Position numbers and translations under genes: made by a program. Under the pieces are notes generated by a model, which was not told the DNA's origin, searched no databases, and saw nothing but the letters and a program-made list of their open reading frames with translations. Below are positions 38,696-52,525 of a DNA stretch of 64,000 bases, piece by piece. Every line of letters begins with the position of its first letter. Position 1 is the first letter of the stretch. Origin of the DNA: Octopus vulgaris (Eukaryota); the NCBI GenBank assembly GCA_951406725.2, contig OX597832.1, positions 4,650,001 to 4,714,000 on the forward strand, in the 5' to 3' direction.

Positions 38696-39524
38696 AGGAT
38701 GGTGATGCTTCAGAAAAAAAAAAGACAGATGTCTCAGTGATAAGAATATGATAATGGCTAAGAATGTCATGTTTTAGCTTAGAAATAAAGGATTCTCATT
38801 CAAATCCAGTCATCCAGGAATACAAAAGAATAAATATCATTATCTACATATTCCAGGAATATAAAGCATAAATCTCCTGAAAATGTTATTATCAAGGCAA
38901 ATGCACAAATATTTATATGTAATTCAATTTTGTGACAATTGCAAAGCATTTGAGAATAAACATGCATGTTGACTTCAGAAAGGAAATACAGGCATTATTA
39001 TCATTTTTACAGTTTAAAGTAAGAATTTTCTGCAATATAGCCATATTTTTTACATTAACTTGTTATTACTGAAAAAATTAGCTCCTTAAAAATCCTCTTA
39101 AGCTTTGAAGACCTTAAGGGCCACCACTAAGATCTAAGTATTAAGAAAATGACAAATAAATACACTCCTTGAGTAGAAAGTTATTCTATCACAGATAACA
39201 TTTCCTACTGATGTGGCACCTATTCTTAGCAATCAGGTTTACTGAGATAAAGTAGACACATAGGCATTTTCCCAAATGAAATACCTGCAGTAGACTAAAC
39301 AAATTTTGTCATTTTTTTTTTTTGATTTATCTAAAGGAGGTAGAGGATCAGTATCCATGATCTTTGCAGGCTCTCTAAGGGGGGTAAGATTGATGTGGCT
39401 AATGTCAAGGTCTCTAATGTCATCTACAGGTCAATATTTGTTGGAAAAAATGTTCTAGTTCAAATGATTGCAGTAATGTGAACTCTGATACAAGACACTT
39501 GAGGTGTGATATGTTAGACTTAAA

Positions 39525-39865
39525 AGACCCCCCACCCTTCAGTCATGAATGACCATGAAATTGCACCTTGAAAGTTCCCCTCTGAGACACAAGTCTGAGC
39601 AAGGTTGTTTATGAAAGACCAGCAGTCACCCATGCATACCAGCTTCCCCACTCCATACCACCAATGTTATTCAAGGGAAAGGCAAAGGCCAACACAGCTT
39701 GGCACCGATGATGTCACAACTCATTTCTACAGCTGAGCAAACTGGAGTAACATGAAATAAAGGGTCTTGCTCAAGAACACGATACATAGCTCGGTCCAGG
39801 AATTGAACTCACTACTTCATGATTGTGAGTCTGACACTCTAAGCTTTGAGCCATGTGCCTTCACT
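39525..39865 (-). mobile_element. tRNA-derived SINE with family D-type head and a different tail
   Basis: gaaataaagggtcttgctcaagaacac core and ggaattgaactcac B-box (reverse). Confidence 0.7.
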
Positions 39866-42059
39866 ATGTTAGACCTACTACATCTCTTAATGACATGATG
39901 TCAACACTGAGAGGATATCAACTCAAAATGGAAAGGAATTTGAATGGAGATGCATGTAAGTCAGAATCAAGACAGCTGTGGTCACTGGAACAGATTAAAA
40001 TGAACCGATTAGAACTATGACCTTTTTTAATCTGTAATAAGCTGAATACCATTTCTTCCAAGATGGACTTTTTGTAAGAGAAATGTCATCATATTTTCCC
40101 TCTGCTGGAAAACATGCTCATTGGTCAAAATATGAGTAGCTACAACTTACAGTGGTATCAATATTAGACAATTTTATGTGATTCTTTACTTTAAAAGCTG
40201 TTGGCTGGACAAAGAGAATCTTACAATTTTTCCCTCTTTGTCTTTCTCTTTACTTTTCTCTCTTCCCAGCACAGCCATTTCTGGAATATCAATATTTTTT
40301 TTGCCTATATTTTAGAGTAATAGGCATCGCTATTTCAAAATTCTATTTCCTTTGGTGCATAATCTTTTGCATCAAAGTGTAATACATCTTTTCATGTAAA
40401 CTAATTCACAAACATGCACTCAGCAAACTAAACAAAAAAGGAACTCTGAAAATTATTAAAAACTTCAGATGTATTCATCAATTCACCCTCTCCCCTGTCA
40501 ATGAAAAAAAATGAATAATAGTTTCATGTTAGACGGGAAGGTATTAAATCTGTTTGGTAACATAGTGAGAAAATAAATTAGATTTGCTAAAATATTATAT
40601 CCTAAAGAAGCCAGCTCAGTTCACTGAATACATCATCATCTATTGCATGTTCCTAAGCCAATAGTACTCATGAAAACTTTAAGTTAAAATCAAACCCCTT
40701 CACATAACAAATCAAAAGTAACAAATATATCAGATGATTAACTAATTGAACATCTAAGATAAGTTGTTAATAAGCTTATAAATTTTCAGATTATTAACCC
40801 CATCTTTGGAGACGAAAAGTGTCTTAATATGCATTTTTTATTAATTTGATTCCCAATAGTCAAGTACTTTATTCCTAGGAGTATATTTAGTACCAGATGA
40901 ACTTACAAACTGGGAATCTTTATTTCTAAACTAAGGATTAACACTTTCATCTACTGGGTCACTGATTTTTGAATTAAGTAAACTACTTATGTCTAAGCTC
41001 AAAATATGCATAGTATATACAAGTTTCAAACATGATTTGGTGCATAATATTGTGCTTTTCAATTTTTTTTATTAAATAAATAGATTATATTATTTGTTAA
41101 CCACTGATTAAAACTTAAAGTAAAATAGTTACAAAGATATATGAAAGAAATTGAGTAGCCTAGACATATCAAGCACTCTGCAAAATGAATATGATCTACA
41201 TACTCTACAGATAAAATATATTGATTTTACAACCATAGAAGAGAAACACATCTGCAATGGTGTAGTGGTTGCTTAAAATGTACATAAGCAATCAAATTTC
41301 AGTGAGGCAATAGTTACATAAAACACTTCTAACCACTTTATATCAGACTTATAAATATTGTTGACTTCAGCGCAGCGATTAGCTAGAATGCAACAGTTTT
41401 TTTTTCTCTCCCCAGAATACTACCTTTTTACACGCTATTCTTCAGGATAAAGATATGAACATTATCTCTGCTGCTGATTGACTGAAAAGCGATACACAAT
41501 TGTGAATCTGAAAAAAGAAAAAAATATCACACAGCAGATGCTACCAGTGAAATTTTCTTATGTAGTTCACAAGAAAGGCATTTTTTTCTTGTTTTTTTTT
41601 TGTTTTTTTTCAGGAAGGAAAGAATCCAATAGAACTGTTAGGCAAAGAGATTGAGTTACCTGATGTTTTGGAAGAGTAAGAAATAAGTAAAGATGGAGAT
41701 ACATGACCAGTGACAAAGTTGAAAACAGGTAGAATACAGATGTGAAAGATTTTCACATATTACAATTAAAATTTTTAGGACAAACCATCAAATAGTGTTA
41801 TGTCAAATATTAGAAGAGTTTTTTTTTTATATAATAGGGAATATTTATATATATATATAGGGAATATTTATATATATATATACATATATTCCCTATTATA
41901 TTGGTGTGTTAATGCTGCAGTGGAAGTGTAACCACAGAGCTGAGGTGTGTGTGTGTGTGTGTGTGTGTATTATTGGAAGCTAAAGCTCCACTTCATTGCT
42001 ACTCCAAGTTACCCATTTCTAAGATTATATATTAATGACAGAGGCAATATCATTACTGA

Positions 42060-42322
42060 GAGGTAATATTTATCCCCACTTAAACGTAGGTGTTCTGTTA
42101 GAACAAAATTTACTGTAGTGGTTACCCTGAAAGAAACTCATATTGGCTTTTGGTGCATAATGTACCCTTGTTTATATCAATAGTGGGGAGATAAATCAAG
42201 ATATAAACAAGAGTTTATTTTATGCCAAAAGCCAATATGAGTGTTCCTCTCATGGTATCTACTGCAGTATAGTTTGTTCTAATAGAACATCCACACTTAA
42301 GTGGGGATAAATATTATTTCTG
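42060..42322. repeat. Long inverted repeat (arms about 115 bp, spacer about 21 bp), same family as 57250-57770
   Basis: aatatttatccccacttaa...ctcatattggcttttggtgcataa...cttgtttatatc versus gatataaacaag...ccaaaagccaatatgag...ttaagtggggataaatatt. Confidence 0.9.
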
Positions 42323-42384
42323 AGATTGTACATCAAATCAGCTGCTATGAAATTTGAATCCTTACCAGGGCATCTCTTTGTGAC

Positions 42385-42790
42385 TAAGACCTTCTCGAGA
42401 CAATCATGTTTTGAGTTTGGTCAGCCAATGTACCATGTTGGGCATGTGTCTTCTAGAAGCCCCAGACTGACCAGTGTCTTGTGAATGAAATTTGACAGAC
42501 AAAAATTGTGCGGAAGCCATTACTTGTGTGTGTGTGTGTGTGTACATGCACATATGCATCCATACATGTGTACATGCATGCATCTGCACATTCTTGCATG
42601 AAAGCATGCATGTGTATCAGTTTCTATGTTTATCTTTATACTGACATTGCTTAAAAACTGGTGTTGTTTGTCCTACAACTCTGCAGTTGAACAAATAAAT
42701 AGATTTCAATAAAAAAAAAAAATAAATAATCAGACTTAAAAATATAAATACTGCATTTGACATTACTGACTAAATGCTTTGAGGCAGCAA
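42385..42790 (+). mobile_element. SINE family A, diverged
   Basis: gggcatgtgtcttctagaagc core, gtgaatgaaatttgacagac block. Confidence 0.6.
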
Positions 42791-42832
42791 TCCATTTACT
42801 GATACCAATATAAGAACAAAAGAAATTATATA

Positions 42833-44065
42833 TTGGGTCATCTCATTAATAATGCAGGTTTTATTTTTCAAAATTAAGATAAAAGTTCTTTTTTAATCTA
42901 AAATATACTCTCCTTCATTCCTACAATGCTCTTCATTCTATCTGGTAGACTTGCAAGGCCCTCTTCCAAAATTCACTTGTCCGTCATAAAAAATACTCTT
43001 CTAGCCTTGTTTACAGAATTCATATTTTTCTGTCCAAATGATTTTGAAGACTGCGGAATAAATGATAATCAGATGGTGCAATGTCCAACAATATAATGGG
43101 TTGGGTATCATTTCCCATTCAAACTATTCCAGTCTTTGGAATGTCATCTTTGCTGTATGTAGCCAAACATTATCCTGATAGAAGTACATCTTACGTCTTG
43201 AAACCAAAGATGATTGTTCTTCTTCTGGCAATGACTTAAGCTGCTTAAACTGCTCACAGTAGATCACCTTTGTTGTGATTTGGTTTGGGTTTGAAAGTTT
43301 AAAGTGAACTAAACCTTTCATATCCCACCAAACAGATAACAACACCTTAAGTGGGTGAAGACCTTCTTTAGACTAGGGTGCTGGTGTTTCTCTTTTCCCT
43401 ACCTGCTATCTTCGGCACTTGACATTTTTATAGAGAACCCATCTCTCATCACCAGTCACTATTCACTCCCAAAAAGGTTCATTCATGAGACATGACAGCA
43501 AACAGTCACTCTCTGCACATGATTAGACTCAGAAAGTTAGTGAAGAACCCACTGGCACAATTTGCTGACTTTTCTGATGGCACACAGGTGTTGATGAATG
43601 GTCAAATGACCAAATCCAAGCTTCTCTGCTAGTTCCTCAACAGTTATGATAGGATTTTGTTCCACCAGGGTTTGCAGGATGTCCTCTTCAAGCTCTACAG
43701 ATCTTCCTCTAGCTGTAGTTTCTGGTTCGGAATTTCTAGAACCACTGCTGACACTGGCTTATGCTTATTGTCCAATCCACATATACTGCAATAATATTCC
43801 TCACACTTTCCAGTGTTTTGTTGCCTTTACTGAACTCATAAAGCAAAATATGCTGAATATGTTCCGTTGTCACTTCCATTACAGCTTTGAAGAAAATAAC
43901 TGTTAAAATCAAACTGCAACCTTCAAAATTTGCATGCTAAGAATAAGTACAATGTAAAATTACTACCTGCTTTTATGGCAAGTTGATGCAGGTAGTTTAT
44001 CCTGTCCCCTTCCAACTTTTAGATCATGCAATTGGAAAAACTGCATTATTTATGGGAAGACCCAA
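42833..44065 (-). mobile_element. Decayed mariner (DD34D) transposon, near full length
   Basis: About 30-bp TIRs ttgggtcatctcattaataatgcag / ctgcattatttatgggaagacccaa with TA flanks; RIVTGDERWVLY, LLSVWWDMKG, YQDNVWLHT. Confidence 0.9.
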
Positions 44066-44394
44066 TATATTCTAAAACCTGGTATATTTAAGAATGTTGC
44101 TGTACACCCTACTCAACTTCTAAATTTTTATTTTTCCAGTCGTTGCAGTTTCATGAGAACTTCTTTCTTGACTTCTCAAAATTCTATCCCAAGGAGACCT
44201 TGAAACTGAGATTTTTTACTGTATGGATTATTTTATGATACACCAGGAGATTCATGCCAAATTTATTAAAGATTCTTTGAGAGAAGATAACATTTCAAAG
44301 CAAACTGACTAACTTTTATGCTTATGTGTGTGTACATACATATATATATATATATGTGTATGCATCTACACACACACACATAGATATATGCATA

Positions 44395-44739
44395 TACTCT
44401 TTACTATTTTATTCTTTTATTTGTTTCAGTCATTTGACTGCGGCCATGCTGGAGCACTGCCTTTAGTCGAGCAAATCGACCCCCCAGAACTTATTCTTTG
44501 TAAGCCGAGTACTTATTCTATCAGTCTCTTTTGCCAAACCGCTAAGTTACAGGGACGTAAACACACCAGCATCGGTTGTCAAGCGATGTTGGGGGGACAA
44601 ACACAGACACACAAATATATACACACACATACATATATATATATACATATATACGACGGGCTTCTTTCAGTTTCCGTCTACCAAATCCACTCACAAGGCT
44701 TTGGTCGGCCCGAGGCTAGAGTAGAAGACATTTGCCCAA
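44395..44739 (-). mobile_element. SINE family A, young (CpG-rich), head missing
   Basis: Close match to the reverse of 51966-52412; stops at gtagaagacatttgcccaa next to the hAT TIR. Confidence 0.9.
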
Positions 44740-44744
44740 TATAT

Positions 44745-46912
44745 TAGGGCTGATAACGATTAATTTAATTTTAATTATCAACTTTTGAGAAATTAACAAT
44801 TAATTAATAGTTAATTTCGATTAAAACACAAAAATGTCTGCAGTTGCATTTATTGACAAGTTTATGATATTTCAATTAGAATTCAGTTAAAAACAAGAAA
44901 TAACATAAGCGTTTTCTTACTCAAATGTTGTTGGATAACCAGTTATGCAAACATGCAAACATGTTAACAGTATTTGGTTCAAGTGATGAGCGCATCTTGT
45001 TAACAATGTAACCAGCAGAGCTAAATAATCGTTCACATGGAACCAAGAAAGCTGGTATGCACAGAAGAGTCTTGGCAAAAAATGCCAATTTCGGATATCG
45101 ATGTTCATTAAATTTCCACCATTGTAGTGGATCAACTGATTCAGCAACTTGTTCTCCATTTTATATCACTGTACTTCATCAGAAGCGTTTTCACACCCTC
45201 TTCTAAGTCTGAGTCAGACTCCCTCAGCTTAATATGTTTTTCATTCAATTTGCATATAGTTTTACTGACACTGTCAGTATCATCTTGTGCATTTGTCTTC
45301 AACCGATCATCATTAACATCAGCTGCCATTTGTTGTCCAATAAGTAGCCAAGTTTGTTCTTTTGAATCATCTGATAAACACTTCAAATTTTTATATCGTG
45401 GATCAAGTGTTGTTGCAATCTGTAATATTTCAATACTTTTCATGTCAGCTACACATTTGCAGAAGTCATTAATAGATGCTGCCTGAAATCTGACTATATA
45501 GCCTAGATCATCATCATTTACAGTCATGTGTTTTGTCAAAGACATTAACAGTGGCAATACACAGCTACACAACACATATTTTTCACCGCCAAGCAGGACC
45601 GTAGCCTGACAGAATAAGTCAAGTTGACGTATTTTGAAATCTTTTCCCAATCAGAATCGAACAGTTGGGGACCTTTATATTGCTTCTCTTCATCTGACAT
45701 GTAGATGGTTATTGCTTCTCTGGCCTGCAGCAGACTCTTCAGTATTAGAAAAGTACTGTTACATCTTGTTGGAACATCTTACGAAATGGTTAATCACTAC
45801 AATTCTGCAATTCAGTTGTGTGGATAGGGCTATGTTTAAAATGTCCTATGGTTTTTCGACATTTAACAAACAATGTTTCTGGCCTTAAACCCAAGCAATA
45901 TGCTCAACTGCAGTCTATGAGCTAAAAATGGAATATGATCAAAACCACTTTGATTAACAGCTGAAACCAAATTTTGTGCATTATCTGTTACTAGAACCTA
46001 AATCTTCTTTGTTGTATCCCAGTCTTTTACAAATTGTTTATATAACTCAGCAACATTGTTGGAATAATGATGTTCAACAACATGCACACATTCAAGAATA
46101 ACACTTATTAAATTCCAATCATCAGCAATCTGATGGCTGGTGATTCCGCAATAACTTTCATTACCTAGAGATGTCCAAAAATCAGATGTTAGCGCAATTG
46201 CCTTTGAACTTTTCACTGCTTCTAAAACACTTTCTCTTCTGCTTTTATAAATATCAGCAAACATTTTATTAATAGTGCACTGGCAAGGTAATTTATATTC
46301 AGTAATTTGAAGCACTGTACGCAATACTACCGATATTAGTCTACCACTATTAGCTATCCAGTTTGCAAGTGATATTTTAATGTCACGTTGTAGGGTAGCA
46401 TTCACCCTACAGACGACAATAAAACTCACTCAAAGTAGTCTGCTTGGAAGTAGATGATCAGACGACGATAAAACTCACTCAAAGTAGTCTGCTTGGAGAT
46501 AGATGACACTGCCACTGTATACTAACTGAATGAAGGTGATATTGCGAGCTGAGGTTTTGAATACTTTAACGAGTGTTTGTTTTCAAGGTGGTAAGTAAGT
46601 GATGTGCTAGATCCATGGTATGTGAATGATTTGTCACAATGGATGCAATAAACATTATCAGCAGTTTTGATATTACCGTCAGCTAACAATATTAATCCAA
46701 AATATTCATGTAATCGACCTGATATAGGTTTATATTTCATAACTTGATTCTTCTTCGCCGCCATATTACTGTTGTAACTATTGCTTCCCAACTTCCAGCA
46801 CATTTACTAATGATGGGTAGAAAATTAAATTTGGAACCAATTAATAAAAAATTAATCGTTAAAATAAATTAACGATTAATCAATTAATTAATCTTTAAAT
46901 TCCGCTGCCCTA
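44745..46912 (-). mobile_element. Decayed hAT (Ac/ZBED1-like) transposon
   Basis: TAGGGCTG / CTGCCCTA termini, subterminal (a)acgattaa repeats at both ends, imperfect 8-bp TSD caatatat/atatatat; BED finger VYCIHCDKSFTYHGSSTSLTYHLENKH, IALTSDFWTS, ATTLDPRYK; frameshifts and deletions. Confidence 0.9.
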
Positions 46913-46959
46913 ATATATATATATGCATACATATATATATATATATATATATAAATAAT

Positions 46960-48812
46960 CAATGTATATACAAAATACAATCAACAGCACTTCACAGTCC
47001 AGCTATCCACATTCTTCATTTCCTCAGAATACCATAACTGACCAATCATCATTGTTGCCATCCTGTTCTACTGCCGCTGCCCTTACCACAACTAAACAAC
47101 AAGATGAACAGCCCCAGTCATTCCTCAATACTAGAACAATTGACAACTTATTAAACAACACAGTCCCTAGCTATTCTCCACAGTTAGACCACTCAAATTC
47201 TTCACTCTCTCAAAATAACGCAAGAGATTTATCATTAGCATCATCATCCTATTCTAATGCAATTACCATTACCATTACTACTACTCTAATTAGTGAAAAA
47301 TCACTCCTTTCTTCCCGCCACTATCCACTTCAATCTGAATGTGTACCTCCATTATAAACTTGGCAACTAAATAAAGCAAAGTAAGGCAAAATTTATGAAC
47401 ACACAGAACTCAAAAATATGCCACTATTCTCAACACAAGAGACTACATATGCATCGACTGCAATTTCACCCATTTACTTGGGACAAGATGCACAATTTAT
47501 ACAAGCAACATAAGCCAAAGTATACATCTTACACCACCACCACTATTAAATATTAAACCATACTTAATAGCTTCTACACGTGTAACCCAGAATCCTAAAA
47601 TCAATCACTTTTCCTAATGAGAAATATTATGTCTGAAGCACAACTCTCCCTTCACTCATCTTCCAGGATTCAACACACTATTAAAAGCATGACTCCAAGC
47701 TACCACCAGATCTGCAGGAGAAACATCTCTTACAGTGACAGGGTTGGTCCAAACTTTCACCAAAACCCAGAAGTCACCCAGATATCCACTGGATACAGTA
47801 GAAAAATCAACAGCCACAAACCATATAACTATAACCATATTCAACAATATAACTATAACAACTCCAGACAACAACCACTCCCAAAATAAGAAAATTCTTT
47901 TTTAGCCATAATGAATCTGGAAAAAGACACCTAAGAAAAAAGGTTTTTTTTAGCTCTTACAGTACACCAACCACTGCTATTACCATAGTGCACAATCACA
48001 CACCATTGCTGTCATTAACTTACAAACTCAGCTAAATAATAATGCTGAATGTACAAGGTTTCTCATACTTCACAAATCAAACGAAAATATCACATCTTAG
48101 AAACCTTGCACAAAAAGAAAAGACACTATGTGTAGTACTAAGTGAAAGACCCCTGATCCCAGACATATTGGATGCAGAACTACATATGTCAGGTTATGTA
48201 CTACACAGAACTGACCACAGAATATGGAAACAAAGAAGAGCAGTGCTCTTCCTCTGTGAAGATCTGACAACAAATGTCCTCTTCTCTCACTCTAATACAG
48301 TGTGTGACACACTAATAATGCATGTGATTGACTTCAATCATATCATAGGCATCTTCCTGATGCAGCAAACCATGGATACCACTTTAGAGAGGCTTTATCA
48401 CTCATAAGTCAAACGCTAGGTAGGGCTATCCCACAGTGTAGGATTCTGGGTTACATGTGTAGAAGCTATTAAGTGTGATTTAGTATTTAACAGGGGACTT
48501 TAATTTTCCTACTCTCAGCTGGCCTGAGGGCTATATGCAACATGGAACTGAAAAACTGAACAGGAGGGATATGAAACACTAAAGATTTTCTCATGCAAGA
48601 AATCATTATCCATCCAACTTGGGGAAATAACATACTCACCCTAGTCTTTAGCACCAATACAGACTTCAGTCATAATGCTCAGAGCACTCCAATTACCATT
48701 TCCGACTACTACATTATACAGTTATTTGTATATGATCCAAAGAAGGCAATATGACTCACCCTTCATGAACTTGAATTTCAAGAAGGCCAAGTGGAAGGAA
48801 ATTGAAATTGGT
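46960..48812 (+). mobile_element. CR1/L2-group LINE 5' remnant (ORF1-like region and AP endonuclease)
   Basis: LNVQG...K..HL, VVLSE..L..DILDAEL.MSGY.L.R.D, LTGDFNFP..SW, PTWGNNIL.LVF, ISDY. Confidence 0.75.
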
Positions 48813-48829
48813 TTTCAAGTGGTGATGGT

Positions 48830-49062
48830 GGTGGTAGTGGTGGTGGGGATACATATACAAACACAAAGACATACACACACATGTGCGTGTGCATACATAC
48901 AGACACATATGCACTGTTTCCACACAGTTTCCGCCAACCAAATTCACTCACAAGGCACTGATCATTCTGAGGCTATAATGGAAGACACTTGACCAAGGCA
49001 CCACACAATGGAACTGAATCTGAAATCATGTGATTTGAGTTTCTTAACCACATAGCCATGCA
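48830..49062 (-). mobile_element. SINE family A (5' half)
   Basis: gaagacacttgaccaaggcaccacacaatggaactgaatc. Confidence 0.75.
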
Positions 49063-49066
49063 AGCA

Positions 49067-49129
<63 letters not shown>

Positions 49130-49963
49130 ATTTCCTGTTTGTAAACACAGTTGAATAATTTTACAATATTTCTGAAATCTAGCATACAGCAAAAATTTGA
49201 TTTACAACAACCAAAATATTTTCTCCATAATACATGACGCCAAAAAATTAGAGGTAGACAATATAATTAAACAACACCATTTCATGTTATGTAAATTATA
49301 TACACATAAGGAAACTACATTATAATCAATATCTAAAGCTGTATACACATTTACTGATATAATAAATATGTAAATATATTTATAGATAACTGAAGCAAAC
49401 ACTGAATGAATAGTATGCAATAAATAGAGTAAATAGATACCTATTTAAATCAAAATGATTGTTTATAAAAAATGAAAATGTTTCTAAATAGATACAATCT
49501 ATAAATGATACATCTGCATGTGCAAACACCAATAGCAAATATTTATGTATGTTTATATATAAAAGTACAAAATATCCAATAATTACATGTTCATACATTT
49601 ATATATTATATATACAGGCACTACACACACACACACACATACATAAATATTTATGTAAATATACATAGAATTGTATATATGTATACATATGTGTATTTAT
49701 GTATTAATGTGCGTGCATGTACAAGTTTGAACTAATATGGATAGTTTCTCTGAGGCTCTGTTTCACAATCAGTTACCCCCTTCCAATTGCCAAACCCATT
49801 TTAGATGCAGTGTATCTAATCTAAAATCATTTTTGATAATGTGGTTTTCGATTCTATAATTTGTGCATATTTGGTCATTAGCAGCTTTGATCAGCAAAAC
49901 AATTTGTTCAGTGAAAGTATAAACAAAGCCAGTGACTTCATTTGGGCTCGGAATTCCAACTGA

Positions 49964-50010
49964 TTTAGGCTGATGAGATACATCAATGTTAAAACACTGG
50001 TGTCCCAGAA
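49964..50010 (+). ncRNA. Decayed minimal type I hammerhead ribozyme-like motif
   Basis: tttagg-CTGATGA-GATAcatcaaTGTT-AAAA-CACtgGTG-TC-ccagaa; CGAAA appears decayed to TAAAA. Confidence 0.55.
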
Positions 50011-50609
50011 CACCAATGAGCCTTGTGTGTTGAACACACTGTTGTCACAAAAGGGAGAAGTTATTCTCTTATCACATACACTACAACAACCAGAATATTT
50101 TGCATCTGAATATACCCAAATGTGGTAATAAATAAGTAACTGTTTAATTATAGCAATTTTAGTATATTATTACTTAATGAGCATTTAGATTCACCCACAC
50201 AAATGAAGAACTAAATCAAAACATCTACAGAATAATTAAATGCTAATCAACAACAGCAATTCTGACAAACTAATATATCAAGTCATAGAAGAATACAATC
50301 ATAGACACATCCAGTTGGCACAGTTGTCTTAAAGTTAATTTGAGTCTTTAAAGTTATTACTCTGTTTCCAAATAGAAATTGTTTACTTACATAATGTGTT
50401 ATACATAAGTTGTTTTGACAGTCACCTATTATGACGTAGAAATGAGATGTGATTATTGCTGTGAATCGTCTGCCACAAGTCATTTTGTCACATGAATTGG
50501 TCGAGTATATTGCTGTATGCTGTTCAGCATATTATATCTTTGCAGAGCAAAAGTGTTCAAAATCCCGTCTTTTAAATTAATTTCAATGATAAAGCACAGT
50601 TCTGGATGA

Positions 50610-51072
50610 GGTGGGTTCAGAAGATTGCTTCCCCGGTTCAGTCCAACTACAAGGCACCTTGGACAAATGTCTTCTACTATATAGCCCTAGGCTGGCCAAA
50701 GCATTGTTAGTGGATTTTGGTAGATGGATACTGAAAGAAGCCTGTTGTATGTGTATGAGAGCGTTTGTGTGCTTGTCTTGTTTTGACATTATGTGATAGA
50801 TGTAAATGCCTGTCACTGTCATATAAGCAGTATCATTCATTTCCAATATTTTGGGAAAACATGTCTAGTGATGAGGAAATATTACCTTGCTTGGAAATAG
50901 ACAAGAATTGATGACAAGAAAGGTATCCAGCTGTAGAAAATCTGTGTATACACACACACGCACATGTATGCATACACACACATGCATGCATACACACACA
51001 CGCATGCATGTACACACACACAGAGGCATGTATATAAATGCAAGTGGATGTTAATAAGATGATAATGATGAT
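50610..51072 (+). mobile_element. Chimeric SINE (family A head plus RTE-type tail)
   Basis: Head and core, then gaaaggtatccagctgtagaaaa and gatgttaataagatgataatgatgat tail. Confidence 0.75.
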
Positions 51073-51868
51073 CATACACACACACACACATTATTAATCA
51101 ATAATGGATGGAGCAAGGGACTACACTCATGGCCTTTACATGTCTTATGAGACTAGTGAAATGAAAGTGGTTAATGTCGTCAATGGCTACAGAAAAAATA
51201 TGGGTAAGGAGAGAATTCAACAGGAATCAATGTTTTGGTAGAGGGGCTCAAAGCCTGAACGTAATGGTTAGTGTAGGGCCTGGTGAGAATGGACATAATA
51301 TATGAGAAGAGGAGGAGGAGAGACAAGTCAAGAGTACTAGAGTGGAGGTGGTTACAGGACAACCTAGCTTCAAAGAGTAGAAACCATTGCTGTAAGAGTA
51401 GAAAATGCAAACAAGGTCAACATATCTATGAGCCAGAGACTGAAGTGTTTGATGATTAAGTTCATGGCTATCACGCTGATTGACCTATTTTTTTTATATA
51501 TAGTTTATAAATACTCAGATGTTTTTGTTTTTAATATATTATCTTTTACTCGTTTTAATCATTGGAGAGCAGCCATCCTGGGGCACTACCTTGAAGGGTT
51601 TATTTGAACAATCAATTGCAGTTTTTAGTTTTAAAGTTTGGTACTCATTCCTACCTATAGGTACCTCGGTGCTTGGGTAGAAAGTAGCAAAAAAGACTTT
51701 GCTGTATGGAATGCACTTGCTTGGAGTGCATGTCACAAACTGCATAAATTCTGGAGTTCTAAGGTGGCATGTAAATTGAAAATTGAGTTGCTTGGCTCCA
51801 CAGTTCAGCTGATTTTGTTATATGGTGCTGCAACTTGGACCTTCACCAAAAAGCTTGAAAAACAAATA

Positions 51869-52139
51869 TAGTAAACTCTCACCATATTACAGTTTACCTA
51901 TTGCAGTTTACTATTTAAGATTACATCAATTCCTCTGTGGTGTTGTTTTGCATTTATAAAATAAAGGAGTGGCTGTGTGGTAAGTAGCTTGCTCACCAAC
52001 CACATGGTTCCAGATTCAGTCCCCCTGCGTGGTACTTTGGGCAAGTGTCTTCTACTATAGCCTCGTGCCAACCAAAGCCTTGAGTGGATTTGGTAGACGG
52101 AAACTGAAAGAAGCGCCTGTCATATATATGTATGTATGA

Positions 52140-52185
<46 letters not shown>

Positions 52186-52525
52186 GTGTGTGTGTATATG
52201 TTTGTGTGTCTATGTTCGTCCCCCCAATATCGCTTGACAACCGATGCTGGTATGTTTACGTCCCTGTAACTTAGCGGTTCGGCAAAAGAGACTGATAGAA
52301 TAAGTACTAGGCTTACAAAGAATAAGTCCTGGGGTCGATTTGCTCGACTAAAGGCAGTGCTCCAGCATGGCCACAGTCAAATGACTGAAACAAGTAAAAG
52401 AATAAAAGAGTAATTTATAAAAATGATAAAAAAATATACAGTACAGTTTTGTTTCTACTTCACAAATTTTCACCAAGTGCAGGGGGTTTTGGAACATAAC
52501 GTCTGTGATAATCGAGGGATTACTG
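51869..52525. mobile_element. pogo/Tigger-like MITE with TA TSD
   Basis: TA|tagtaaactctc...gagggattactg|TA; its removal restores ATA-GAT in the LINE frame. Confidence 0.8.
51966..52412 (+). mobile_element. SINE family A, full length, young
   Basis: Complete head, core, (TA/TG)n and tail with many CpGs; atttataaaa on both flanks. Confidence 0.92.

Noticed and set aside
46962-47357. 131-aa S/T/Q/N-rich ORF
   Set aside because: Compositionally biased 5' part of the decayed LINE; no independent gene evidence
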